A stretch of DNA of 64,000 nucleotides from Nemertoderma westbladi (lineage: Eukaryota; Animalia; Xenacoelomorpha), in contig JAUCBJ010000066.1 of NCBI GenBank assembly GCA_032718475.1, forward strand, positions 1-64,000, written 5' to 3'. Shown one piece after another: positions 11,093 to 23,922 of the stretch. Position 1 is the stretch's first letter, and the number at the start of each line of letters is the position of its first letter. The notes beneath the pieces were generated by a model that was not told where the DNA came from, made no database searches, and was given only the letters and a program-made list of their open reading frames with translations. Position numbers and translations under genes: made by a program.

Positions 11093-11238
11093 GGTGATAT
11101 TAATTATCACCCGGGTGACAATAATTATCACCCGGGTGATATTATTTATCACCCGGGTGATATTATTTATCACCCGGGTGATATTATTTATCACCCGGGT
11201 GATATTATTTATCACCCGGGTGATAATATTATCACCCA
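11093..11238. repeat. 21-bp tandem array of the palindrome ATCACCCGGGTGAT (about 7 units)
   Basis: CCCGGG at 11110, 11131, 11152, 11173, 11194, 11215; single copy at about 7972-7985. Confidence 0.92.
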
Positions 11239-12017
11239 GAAAAAGAAAAAATCCTAATCTAATTGGCCCAAATCAGCCACCGTACTCATCTCATGCCTCA
11301 GGCACGTAGTGCTGCCCCTGCCTATTCCATGACATAAATATAGCGTACACCGTCATACCTATATATAGTTATACTTGTCATATGTCTGTATGTGACATAC
11401 AGACTTAGGCAGATAGGGCCTATGCCTACCTCAGGGTACCAGTACTCGCTCCAGCCCAGCCGCGCAGCCAAGAGTTTCGGAAACTGTACCAGTCCAGTAC
11501 AGCCAGACAGCACTACTGCAGTATGCAGTACCATCACCATGATACTGGACTGCAAGCTGCAGTACTGTACTATATTACCGGTACTGCATAGGCTGCTGGT
11601 TAGGCCTACTGCCTACCAGTTCTGCATTAGGGCCTACAGCATTAACTAATTACTGGCAACTGGATTAACCTTTCTGCCTTTATATGATTGCAGATTGTGC
11701 TCTGCTCAGCATTTCCAATACTGCAGTACTGCAATATCTGCACACTGGCTGATTGCCAGACTGCAGGACTGGCACATCTGCACATGCCACATGCTGACAT
11801 GTCACAATCTGTCAGTGCAGTCTGCTCCGCATTACGCCCCACTTAGATGGATTGTCCACAATGTTGTACTTGAAAGGCGTGAAAAAACCAATGTCAATGT
11901 CATGTCTTTGACATGACTCATGTCAATAGGCACAAAGATGGTTCGGTCGGGCAGCTGCTAGACGTTATGAAGGTTCAATATTACGTTTTGGCTCAACTGG
12001 CTCAGGCAGCAGTGGGA

Positions 12018-12385
12018 CACGTCCGTGGGGCCTTTGCGCAGCATGCCAGCATGAAGTGAGCAAAGCCTTAGCTAGCCCTAGCTGATAGGAGCCCCATTAA
12101 CGTGCTATCTTTCGTTAGTCAGAGGTCGTTCAACACAATACTTGTCTCCTTAATTAGCCTCATTGCGTTCGCTTGTTTTTACCAAACTTCAGATTATTTA
12201 TAATCTTTTGACAGACTACATACAGACATACATACCAAACCAAGTTTCGTTTAATTTCTTCAAGGAATGACCGAGTTATTAGCGATAAAAAATTTACGCG
12301 ACGACAGACAATTCGTTAATGGCACCCATACTGCCATATGCTAAGGCTTCGCTCACTTGAACGTGGCTCTCCCTCTCCCCCACAA
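12018..12385 (+). mobile_element. DINE-1/Helentron-like non-autonomous element
   Basis: Ends shared with 32633-33890 (GTGGGGCCTTYGCGCAGCA ... GCTAAGGCT ... CCCCACA); inner inverted repeat AAGCCTTAGC/GCTAAGGCTT; CATA-type microsatellite. Confidence 0.5.
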
Positions 12386-12404
12386 TCAATCCGGTTTGAC
12401 GCAG

Positions 12405-14790
12405 TTTGTTGCTCGTTGTGCTTTATTATTTCTCGTTGTTGGTCATTGTTGCTCGTTGTTGGTCATTGTTGCTCATTGTTGTTTGTTGGTGCTCATTGTT
12501 GCTTGTTAGTTGTACTTTATTATTGCTCGTTGTTGCTTATTGTGCTCGTTGTTGTACTCGTTGTTGTACTCTATTATAGCTCGTTGTTGCTCATTATTGC
12601 CCATTGTTACTCGTTGTTTCTCATTGTTGCTCGTTGTTGTACTTTATTATTGCTCGTTGTTGCTCATTGTTGTTTGTTGGTGCTCATTGTTGCTTGTTAG
12701 TTGTACTTTATTATTGCTCGTTGTTGCTTATTGTGCTCGTTGTTGTACTCGTTGTTGTACTCTATTATAGCTCGTTGTTGCTCATTATTGCCCATTGTTA
12801 CTCGTTGTTTCTCATTGTTGCTCGTTGTTGTACTTTATTATTGCTCGTTGTTGCTCATTGTTGTTTGTTGGTGCTCATTGTTGCTTGTTAGTTGTACTTT
12901 ATTATTGCTCGTTGTTGCTTATTGTGCTCGTTGTTGTACTCGTTGTTGTACTCTATTATAGCTCGTTGTTGCTCATTATTGCCCATTGTTACTCGTTGTT
13001 TCTCATTGTTGCTCGTTGTTGTACTTTATTATTGCTCGTTGTTGGTCATTGTTGCTTGTTGGTGCACATTGTTGCTTGTTAGTTGTACTTTATTATTGCT
13101 CGTTGTTGCTCATTGTGCTCGTTGTTGTACTCTATTATAGCTCGTTGTTGCTCATTATTGCTCATTGTTACTCGTTGTTGCTCGTTGTTGCACTTTATTA
13201 TTGCTCGTTGTTGCTCAATATTACTCGTAGTTGCTCGTCCAGTCGTTGTTGGTCGTTGTTGTACTTTATTATTGCTCATTGTTGCTCGTTGTTGCTCATT
13301 GTTGCTCGTTGTTGTACTTTATTATTGCTCACTGTTGCTCGTTGTTGCTCAATATTACTCGTAGTTGCTCGTTCAGTCGTTGTTGTACTTTATTATTGCT
13401 CATTGTTGCTTGTTGGTGCTCATTGTTGCTTGTTAGTTGTACTTTATTATTGCTCGTTGTTGCTCATTGTTGCTTGTTAGTTGTACTTTATTATTGCTTG
13501 TTGTTGCTCATTGTGCTCGTTGTTGTACTCTATTATAGCTCGTTGTTGCTCATTATTGCTCATTGTTACTCGTTGTTTCTCATTGTTGCTCGTTGTTGTA
13601 CTTTATTATTGCTCACTGTTGCTCGTTGTTGCTCAATATTACTCGTAGTTGCTCATTCAGTCGTTGTTGCTCATTGTTGCTCGTTGTTGTACTTTATTAT
13701 TGCTCGTTGTTGCTCATTGTTTCTCGTTGTTGTACTCAATTATAGCTCGTTGTTGCTCAATATTGCCCATTGTTACTCGTTGTTTCTCATTGTTGCTCGT
13801 TGTTGTACTTTATTATTGCTCACTGTTGCTCGTTGTTGCTCAATATTACTCGTAGTTGCTCGTTCAGTCATTATTGCTCATTGTTTCTCGTTGTTGTTCT
13901 TTATTATTGCTCATTGTTGCTCAGTCTGTCAGTGTTTCTCATTGTTGCTCGTTGTTGCTCAATGTTACTCGTTGTTATACTTTATTGTTGCTCATTGTTG
14001 TTGTTGCTCAATGTTACTCGTTGTTACTCATTGTCATTGTTGCTCATTGTTCATGTCCTCATTATTGCTCGTTGTTGTATTTTATTATTGTTCGTTGTTG
14101 CTCATTATTACTAATTGTTACTCGTTGTTGCTCATTGTTGCTCGTTGTTGTACTTTATTATTGCTCATTTTTGCTCGTTGTTACTCATTGTTTCTCATTG
14201 TCTGATTGTTGCTCAATGTTACTCGTTGTTGCTCATTGTTAATCGTTGTTGCTCGTTCAGTCGTTGTTCCTCATTTTTACTCGTTGTTTTACTTTATTAT
14301 TGCTCACTGTTGTTCGTTGTTGCCCGTTGTTGTTCTTTATTATTGGTCATTGTTGCTCAGTGTTTCTCATTGTTGCTCAATGTTACTCGTTGTTATACTT
14401 CATTATTGCTCAATGTTGCTCAATGTCACTCGTTGTTACTCATGGTCATTGTTGCTCATTGTTTGTTCCTCATGTCCTCATTATTGCTCGTTGTTTCTCG
14501 TTGTTGCTCGTTGTTGTACTTTATTATTGCTCGTTCTGTCGTTGTCGCTCATTATTACTCATTGTCACTCGTTGTTGTACTTATTATTGCTCGTCCAGTC
14601 GTTGTTCCTCATTGATGCTCGTTGTTTCTCGTTGTTGCTCATTGTTGTACTTTATTATTGCTCATTGTTGCTCGTTGTTTCTCAATGTTACTCGTTGTTG
14701 CTCATTGTTACTCGTTGTTGCTCGTTCAGTCGTTGTTCCTCATTATTGCTCATTGTTCATTTGTTGCACGTGGTTTCTCGCCGTTGCGAG
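12405..14790. repeat. Low-complexity TTG/CTC-rich satellite with 191-bp higher-order unit
   Basis: Subunits such as GCTCGTTGTT and GCTCATTGTT; near-identical blocks start at 12510, 12701, 12892 (and 13083). Confidence 0.93.
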
Positions 14791-16035
14791 AAACAACTCT
14801 GATTGAGCAATAATTCTGTTGCAATATTTAATTTATTTAAGGAGTATGCAGATTTTGGAATGAAATTGTATACTGTTGTATACCTAAATAAGAAACCCAT
14901 GTCAAAAAGTTCTTATTTAATGACTTTTCGTATTTATGTGTACAATTTCGATGTCTTAAATAAGGTAAATATAAAAAATCCCTCTTATTTAGAAACTGGT
15001 CGTATTTTTGATGCAATTTTAAAACGCTTGTAGAAAATAAACCGGACGGTAAAATGTTTTCTGTTTTTTTGCATTATGTTCAAGAAAGACCCAACTTCTA
15101 TATTGCTGTATTGTGAAATAAAATTATGCGGTATTTTTTCCTGAAACAAGTTCTTGCATATTATGTCGAAAAAATATCCAAAAAAGGCCCAAAAACCCCT
15201 AAATAAGAGCCATTTTCCTTAAATAAGAACCCACTTTTGGAGCTTATTTAAGGGTATGTTCCCTACTGCAGTGCATACATCTGATAGTGACTGAGTGATA
15301 GCAGATAGTCAGATAGTGCATGCTGGCATGTAGTGCTGTAGTTTAGTGTACTGGTGTAAGTGTAGGCCTACAGCCTACAGCAGTACAGGCCTATAGCTGT
15401 ATAGGTATAGTACTGTAGTACAGTACGTAGTACTGCCTGCGTTGTACATAGGCCTCCTACTGTACTAGTAACAGTAGTACTTTACCCTGTTCCTGTTAGG
15501 TCTATCAGCCTATCACCTATACAAATCCCTTGTCTGCTTCTTCGGCCTCTCGGCTCTTGCTCTCCTTGACTACCGCACTACCGGTGTGCGGTGTAACAGT
15601 GAACAGAGAATTTTCACTCCCCATGCTGCCATGCAAATGGCAAAATAAGGCTCTATCGTAAATCCATACCCTTGATAAAAACCGTCCCCCCATCTGCAGA
15701 TCTGCCCCTCCCTCGCCAATTCTTGCAGTCTTGTGCTGTTGTCAGGTTGTGGAAACTGTAGTATTATTGTTGAAGGTAATAACATATATACATGTTAAAA
15801 AAAATATATAGGCCTACTGCCTAGCCTAGCTGCCTAGATTGCAAGTATGGGATATGTTAAAACTAGATAGGCCCTATACTGCTATATTACTGTCGTATTA
15901 CTGTATTATAAATACTGAAATATACTATTAAAATTGCGAAGTTGTGTAATTCGAAAAATTTACGAAGTAGACCGTGTTGCCGTGTAAAACTTTGGTATAA
16001 ACGATAATCCTTGATTAAATTAACTTTACAGCGAG

Positions 16036-16656
16036 ATGTTTAAAGGGAATAGCGGAGTAGACAAACTTATAGATAAAGCCACAAGCCAACAGCTCCTGGA
16101 AGCGGATTGGGACAGCATATTGCAGATATGCGACAGCATAAGATCCAAAGATGTCCAAGCCAAAACTGTCATTAACTCATTGAAAAAAAAGATTTCAGAC
16201 AGGAATCCAAACGTGCAATTATACGCGCTGCAGGTTCTGGAATCCTGCGTGAAAAACTGCAGTACACCTGTCCACGATGAGATATCCAACAAAAGTTTTA
16301 TGGAGGATTTGCGTGAAGTTTGTGTTCGTTCTAGCGAAGTTGTAAAAAATAAAATCCTATTACTGGTACAGGCCTGGGCGCAAGCCTTTCGCAACGAGAC
16401 AAAATATCGGGTGATTATTGACACTTTCAACATGATGAAACTCGAGGGTTACCACTTCCCGCAGCTGAAGGAGTCCGACGCCATGTTTGTGTCGGAGAAG
16501 GCGCCTGATTGGTCGGAAGGTCCGTGTTGCCATCGTTGCCGCGTAGAGTTCGGGAGTTTTACTAGGAAACATCATTGTCGGCGCTGCGGACAGGTCTTCT
16601 GTCAGAAATGTTCCGCAAAGTATTCCACGATACCTAACTTTGGTATTGAGAAAGAG
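16036..16656 (+). CDS. HGS: HGS/Hrs exon 1 (VHS domain and most of the FYVE finger)
   Basis: DKATSQQLLEADW, ALQVLESCVKNC, APDW...CHRC...RKHHCRRCGQVFC; donor GAG|GTTAGT at 16657 (phase 0). Confidence 0.96.
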
Positions 16657-16869
16657 GTTAGTCTATTCTATAGGCCTATACATCCTACTTGTCACAATCT
16701 ACCAAAATAACAGAGCAGTTTCGGTCTCTTTATACTACCGGTACATTGGAGGTTTTTAAATTTTCCTCGTTTTTATCGTTTTTGACACCGTTCTCGTTGT
16801 GGCAGTTTTACGTACAAACATATGCGTAAGGACATCAATGTGATGGATAATTTCACTAAATAATTATTT

Positions 16870-17230
16870 ATTACATGGGAAAAAAAAGTAGAACTTTTTA
16901 TTTCATTATTCTCAAGGCATTTTATTTACCGAGCGTCAGCAAGGTTAATAAAGGATCGAGAGAATATTGATAAAATAATGTTCTACGTTTTTTTCCCATG
17001 TAATACAGTAATACGTAATTTTATTTTTAAATTAAATGGGTACTTGTTTGTTGCTAAATTCTTTAATAAAACATAGCGATGTACTAAAGTACAGTAGTGT
17101 TACAAAATAAATTGAACTGCAGTATTTTACTATATTGCTTCCATAGTTACTGCGATTCTAAATTATTGTACTCTTCAACTCCTGATGCTGCCTTACGCAA
17201 TGTTAAAATAATTTAGTGTTCTCGAATATT
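16870..17230. repeat. Palindromic non-autonomous element plus flank, duplicated at about 18405-18735
   Basis: ATTACATGGGAAAAAA...TTTTTTCCCATGTAAT arms around TTTATTTACCGAGCG..AGGTTAATAAA; the downstream flank is also duplicated. Confidence 0.7.
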
Positions 17231-17689
17231 TATTACGTAACTAGAATTGGATATTGAGTCCGTTTTGGAGTACGCCGCGTAGACACTAAAGTTACAATAA
17301 CTTTTTAGTATGTGAATGGATTTTGCTCAAATTACTTGCAAACATTTTCTACGTCGATGCTCTTTCAATATTTTTTATATATATATTTAATTTATACGTA
17401 TTGTCAGCAATACTGCAATAGGCTCATTCAAACCGTATAATGGCAAATTGTTTGTGTATATACACAAAGTCCACGTAAATTTACCAGCATATGCAAAATT
17501 GTATGAAAATGTTGAAATAAAAATTTGAAGAATACTATTTATTATTTATCAGTTATATTTACAATTTACAAAATATCGAAACATAATTATGATTCTGAGT
17601 AGGTGATGACAAAATTACATTGTCGGGATCTGAAATTCACGTCAAACCGGCCGGATCCTGGTGTAAACGTTACACCGACAGCAGAAAAA

Positions 17690-18280
17690 AACTTACAGCA
17701 GACAACTGACAGCTACAACAGACTACCGGCGACAGAAACCGGCAGCAGACAAACGCAGGCAACCGCCACATACAACCGACAGCATACAACCAACAGCAGA
17801 TAACTGGCAGCAGACATCTGGCAGCAGACAGCCGACAGCTGGCAACAGACAGCAGACAACTGATAGCAGACAACCGACAGCAGAAACCGACATCAGACAA
17901 ACGAAAACGATAACAGACAATCGACGGCTGGCAACCGACAGCAGACAACCGACATCAGACAATCAACAGCAGATTACCGACAGCAGACAACAGACGACAC
18001 CATACAACCGACAACAGACAACCGAGCCAGCAGACAACCGACAGTAGACAACAGACAATCGAAAGCTGACAACTGACAGCAGACAACCGACATCAAACAA
18101 TCGACAGCAGATAACCGACAGCAGGTAAACGACAGCAGACAAGACAGGCTGCATGCAACCGACAGCATACAACCGACTGCATAACCGACAGCAGGCACCC
18201 AACAGCAGACAACCGACAGCAGACAATCGCAACAGACAATCGACAGGTGACAACCGACAGCAGACAACCGACATCAGGCT
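17690..18280. repeat. CAGACAACCGACAG-type (7/14-bp) satellite
   Basis: Directly visible; further blocks at 18945-19365, 24075-24135 and inverted at 25665-25720. Confidence 0.9.
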
Positions 18281-18944
18281 ACTCTACGGGATCGAAAGAA
18301 GTCAACAAAGCGGGCCATCACTGCTCAGATCCGCGAACGCGAAATAACTACTCTTGATCCCGACACAGGGGATGTGAATTGGTGCTACAAAATGAACTTT
18401 TAGAAGTATAACTTTTTTCTTCATTATTCTCAAGGCATTTTATTTACCGAGCGCCAACGAGGTTAATAAAGGGTCGAGAGAATATTGAAAAAAAATGTTT
18501 TACGTTTTTTCCCCATGTAATACGTACTTGTATTCTTAAATTTGTACTTTTTTTTGCTTAATTCGTTAATAAGATATAGAGCGAAATACTACAGTACAGT
18601 TGTGTTACAAAATAAATTGAACTGTAGTATTTTACTATTTATTGCTTCCGGAGTTACTGCGATTCATATTATTGTACTCTTCAACTCCTGATGCCGCCTT
18701 ACTCAATGTTAAAATGATTTTGTGTTCTCGAATATTTTGTGGAAATATTTCACTGTTAGGTAGCTATTTGTATATTAGTACTACGTAAAAAACTTTTAAA
18801 ATACAACGTATTTTGCCTTTCTTTCACAGTTTGTTGGTGAGTCACTGATTGCAACTACTTTGAGTGTATGACAGTATGACTTATTTGCATTAGATCATTA
18901 TAAGTAGTTTTATATGTTTAATGAAACACAGTACAATATACACC

Positions 18945-19365
18945 GACAGCAGACAATCGACAGCAGATAACAGTCAGACACCATAAAAACCGACAGCAGA
19001 CAACCGACAGCAGACAGACAATCGACAGCTGACAACCGACAGCAGACAACCAGCATCAAACAATCGACAGCTGACAACCGACAGCAGACAACCGACAGCA
19101 GACGCAGATAGACAGCATACATCCGACAGCTGACAACCGATAGCAGACAGCCGGCAATCGACAGCAGATAAGCGGCAACTGACAGCATGCAACCGACAGC
19201 AGACAACAGACAGACAGAATACAGACAGACAGAATACAAACGATAGCATACAACTGACAGTAGACAACGGAGAACAGACAACTGGCCACAGACCACCGAC
19301 CGCCAACAGAAGACAACCGACAGCAGATGGCCAACAACCGACAGCAGACAACCGGCTGCAGACAA
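18945..19365. repeat. Second block of the CAGACAACCGACAG satellite
   Basis: Directly visible. Confidence 0.9.
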
Positions 19366-19414
19366 CGGTATTTGTGTGTTTAGTACCCGCCAGGACAATA
19401 CATATACTAGTACG

Positions 19415-19620
19415 AAAGGAGTAGGTTACAGAGGCAGGCTTTCTAACCAAAACAATTAACGGCCACTTTACCAATTGAGGAAAAGGAGTAGGTTACAGGG
19501 GCGGTCTTTTCTAGCCAAAACAATAAACGGCCACTTTACCAATTGAGGGAATGGAGCAGGTTACAGGGGCGGGCTTTTCTAACCAAAACGATGAACTATC
19601 ACTTTACCAATTGAGGGAAA
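19415..19620. repeat. Three-unit tandem repeat (about 68 bp) sharing GGAGYAGGTTACAGRGGC...CCAAAACAA with the 6430-7320 array
   Basis: Directly visible. Confidence 0.7.
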
Positions 19621-19627
19621 CCATATG

Positions 19628-22600
19628 GGGTCAGTCCATATGAAAACGACCAAAATGGTAAATCTGAAAAACCCAACATGGCCAGTTTGACTAAATTTTT
19701 TTACATAATGAATATAAACATATGTAATGAAATTTAAAAGTAAAATGAGTCAAAAATATTTATTAGAAGCTGAGATATCAGTATTTGAAATTTAGAGTTT
19801 TCGGGCGCTCGCGGCATCTATCGCATTGGTACTTTTGGAGTCTTCTAGTACACAATAGACTATAAGGGAACTCTAAAGGCATGAAAAATTGGTTATGGGG
19901 TATATTTGTGGTGCTGATCTCAAAAATGACCACAAAAAGGGAAAATTCGAAAGATAAAGTGCTGTAATCAGCAATTTTTTTCTTTCGCGATAGCCAAAGA
20001 AAGGCGTAGAACTACCAATGTGGCACTGCTACTACAAAGCTGAAACTTGGTGTGTATCGTTACTACATTATAGTTATTTCATTGAACCATTAAAATTCCT
20101 GGGTATATGACATCTTTAAAATCTATCACAGATCAAAAATACCGTTTTTTGAGTAATCGCGAAGGATCGCGAGAAGAATTTATCAGTTGATTTGCCTTCT
20201 TTAACATTCTGGCAGACCTAATGTGACCATTAGGTACCGGTACTCTAGTTGGATATATTGCTTCCATTTAAGCTCATTTAAATACGATTTTTGAGAGAAG
20301 CCATTTTTTCAATACATTCCACTTCATCGCTTGGAATTTGGTATATTCTACCACTAATGCTAGTTAGTAGGGGTGCATCAATACCTTTTATTATATGATA
20401 TTTTGGAACCCAACACTCATCCTTCTGTGCAGGCCATTTCCAGTTTAGTTTAGAGGATTGTTGTGCTTGGTGCATGAATGTGACATATATATCATTATAT
20501 TCGTCAGAATGATCCTCTACAATTCCTAAGTACCAGGCCTTATCATATATTACTGAAACCCACTTTCCTGTTCCTATATCTACCTCAGCTGAAAATGGTG
20601 ACAAAAATGTGATGTAGGTGACACGATGGTGAAGTCAGAATCAGCAGAGATTCTAAACAGTTTTAGATGATTCGAATCTCCTGCAATAGGAACAAATTTA
20701 TGATGACTCCGTGTGCCAGATACTGTTGCTGCATCAGTAAGTCTTGAAGTTATTTTAGAAGTATGTTGTGCAACTTCTTCTTTAGAAATATAAAAATAGT
20801 GGACATTTTTGACATTTGTGTTTAACCATTTAAACATATCTGCTGGAGTTAATATCTGACTATCACTTGTTGCCTGCAAACTAGCCCTGGCAACCAACCT
20901 TTTGGTGGTTCCTCCTATGCCATCACAAGTACTTTTCATACAAAGGTTTGTAAAGTTTTTACAATTCTTATACTGTTGCGAAGAACCATCAGAAAAGTAA
21001 TGAACTGTACCTTGAATTTGGGGAAACTGATTCTTTATATGGCGCATTAATGTGCTTAGAAATGTATGTACAGTGCCTACTCCATGATCTCTCTCATCAC
21101 TAATTACACAGTAACTGTAGGACACCAATTTTGTTGAACTTGGATCTTTAAGGTAAACAACAAAAGGATGAACTGTTGCCTGTGTGTTGTCCCAGTGATA
21201 CCCTTGGACAGCATCTTGACAAACAAAACTGTAATTCTCAGCAAAGTCTAAGAGGATTATGCAGTCTGAGGATGATAGTTCTTCTTTTAACTTTGAAAGC
21301 CTTTCTGATTGCATTTTAGATATGAATGAATGTGGCAAAGCATTATAAATTAGCTTAGAAGCAAAATCAATAAACTCATCAACAGTGCTTAGCTTGACAA
21401 CAAGTTCAGAGTTAGAGATCCATTGTCTATATTTAATTTCTGAATCCAATTCAATGTCATTATCAGAAAATACATGCACAAGAGCAGAAACAAGGGAAGG
21501 GAGACCCGGGCAATTTTGGCATTTGTGAAGCATACAGTCTCGATTGTCTAGTTCGCAAACAGCTTTATTGAAACAATCCTTATACGAAACATTGGAAGGA
21601 AGTGCTTCACACATCAGTTTCATGTTCTGATGTATTTGGCAAACACAGCTCCATAATGTGTGCTGTGTGCTCCATAATCTGAAACTGTAATACACCACTT
21701 TGGTCGTAGTTCGCAAAATTTGGAGAAACCAAGTTTACACAGTGGGTGTCTCTTCTTAAATTCGATATACAGCTCACTCAGGTTTGTTAAAATAAGCCTT
21801 TTTTGGATATGGACACGTTTTTTTAAATCATCTGAGTAAACTGATTTAAATTCTTTTTTTCCTGGGCACTGCCTTGAAAATTCATCATCTTGGTAAAAAG
21901 ATGAGACTATGTCTACAGTTTCCTTACTAATTGTTCTGGATCCTTGTTTCTTTTCTACATTTGTAAGTAACCCGTGTTCATTGCGTAATTTTCGAGCTTG
22001 CTTAGCAGTCCAATTTGTTACTTGAAATTCACACACCACTTTCTGTATTGTCCAACTCTGTGGAGCAAGTGTAAGAAGTTAACTTTTTTCCTTTGTAGTA
22101 TTTGCTAGTGAAACTTGAACTTTTAATCCTGTTACAAGTCTACTACAATCTGAACAATTTTCAGAAACCGGTTCCATCGTAGAGGAAGACTGCAAAGCAT
22201 TGTGTTCTAAATTTAATGCCTTATGTAGTTTTGATCTAACTGCATCATCAATCTCAGCTGCTTTGCGTTTCCCATACAATTCTCGTGGTCCAGTACTATG
22301 GGATTTAATTGGACTAATCCCAAGATTTGTAACTGTTAGATTGAGATTGTCTCGAGCTTCTAAGTACTCCGTTTCAGAATCAGCAGATGAGAGTGAGCTT
22401 CGACTATCCTCACAAATAATATCCGTTTTCTGCTTGTCATTGACTCCTTTCCTGCAGTTTGTGCATAACTTTTCGCCAGGTTTAAAATTTCGTTCAGGAA
22501 ATGCAGAATTAAGGTACACAGAAAGGTCTAGATCAATTTCTCGCAGGTCTTTCTTAATGAGCTGTTTATGAGTTTGAAATGGATCACAACAGTTTTTTTG

Positions 22601-23922
22601 AAAGGAAGAAAACTTATCCAGGAAGTATTTCTCATGATGAAAACAGACTGTCTCATCCTTGACATCCTCTGGCTTAATTAATACATCAGAACGGCCCAAT
22701 AGAATTGCTAGGGACTCTGTGGATAGTTCTTTAATTAATTTTAAACCTTTATGTCTCGTGTACGATAATTTATGACAGGCTTCTTCCGTATTACTTATTA
22801 CACCGATTGAGCAATAGTTCATGTTGACCAATACGATTGAGTAATAGTTGTTTACAAAGGTAGGATAAATATATAATTTTAAGTAAAATATTGGTATTGC
22901 AATGCAGAATGTTAGCTCTTAAAAGAACTGTTTGGTTGAGACAAGAGCAAGATCAGATGAGGAACTTTAAAAAAAGTGATAAATTTCTCAATTGTTCCTG
23001 CTTTTATAGCGGAAGGTAATTCTAGATTAACCAATCAGGTGGCAGTATTTGGAGAGTTACTAGGATGTATCCAATAGGAAGACGCATTGAGTATCACCTG
23101 CCTAAGAAAGCTTGTTCTAGTAAAGTTTTATGAAAAATACGAGGATGAAGGTGTTTACAAGGAATATTACTTAAAAAAATATATTAATTGAAAATGGATA
23201 TTAATACAATTATTAATTTTATTCATTAAATTAATTTTTCATATTTTCTTATATAATAGATAGATAGGGCCTATTTTTTTCTTATTTATTAATTTGATCC
23301 AACTGTAATTGCTAGCACAGATTAATACAGCTCATATTTTATTTTTTTCTTATTACAGTTGATATCACCATTTCATATTTAACCGCCCGGTTACTTTTTT
23401 AGACAAATATTTGAACACAAATATTATAATAAAGTTGTCAAATACCCATAGATTTTGTTTTAGAATTTCGAATACAATAGTGTTGTGGTTTAGCATACAA
23501 AGTTTCATCACCTAAGTGACAGTGCCACACATGTTTTTATGTCCCTGAAAACCCTTAATTTTTCAGTCGCGGACAAAATGAAATTTAAAATATATCACAA
23601 GAAAACATTAAAAATTCAAATTTTTGATGACATTTTCGGATTCAGCACAGAAAATTACCCCCATAACAAAATTTACACCCCATACAGAGCAATTTGAATT
23701 GGATTTTTTAAAATTAGGGCGTAAAAAATAATGTCGCGAATGTGTGCGGTCATGCGAAAACTTGAATTTTTCAAATAGTCATATCTTGACTTCTACTCAA
23801 TATTTCTGAGAAATGTTTTTTTTGTTCTTCATATCTTAAACCCATCATCAATCTCTCCAAAAATTAGACTGATCCAAGACATAGTGGTTTTTAACATTGG
23901 TCATTTTGATATGGACTGACCC
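19628..23922 (-). mobile_element. Sola2-type DNA transposon (decayed) in the HGS intron
   Basis: TIRs GGGTCAGTCCATAT..AAA.GACCAA / TTGGTCATTTTGATATGGACTGACCC; 4-bp TSD TATG (19624-19627, 23923-23926). GRG..CYC termini and a 4-bp TSD fit Sola2. Confidence 0.88.
20278..22831 (-). pseudogene. Sola2 DDD transposase, frameshifted and internally deleted
   Basis: Four successive ORFs (22079-22831, 21620-22039, 20580-21716, 20278-20604) with FCELRPKW, DFAENY...QGYHW...QATVHP, ISDERDH, FSDGSSQQYKN, CDGIGGTTKR. The usual W..F...HG segment before KSTCDG is missing. Confidence 0.85.

Larger units (their letters stand above)
7592..11284 (-). mobile_element. IS3EU-like DNA transposon with convergent transposase and HECT-like ORFs; left boundary tentative
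   Basis: Integrase-core transposase ORF. Right end reads TACGGTGGC on the minus strand (TAY..RTA-type terminus); candidate left end GACGGAGCC. Different subterminal tandem arrays at each end plus a shared inverted motif (7991-8026 vs 11038-11071). No TSD found. Confidence 0.65.

Noticed and set aside
11033-11309. ITRVILF-repeat ORFs, or a CRISPR-like palindromic array
   Set aside because: Translation of a 21-bp tandem repeat; no unique spacers; eukaryotic context.
12338-14813. Cys/Leu/Val-rich ORFs
   Set aside because: Open in several frames because the satellite lacks stops; unit length 191 is not a multiple of 3.
17603-19474. Cys-rich minus-strand ORFs
   Set aside because: Translations of the CAGACAACCGACAG satellite.
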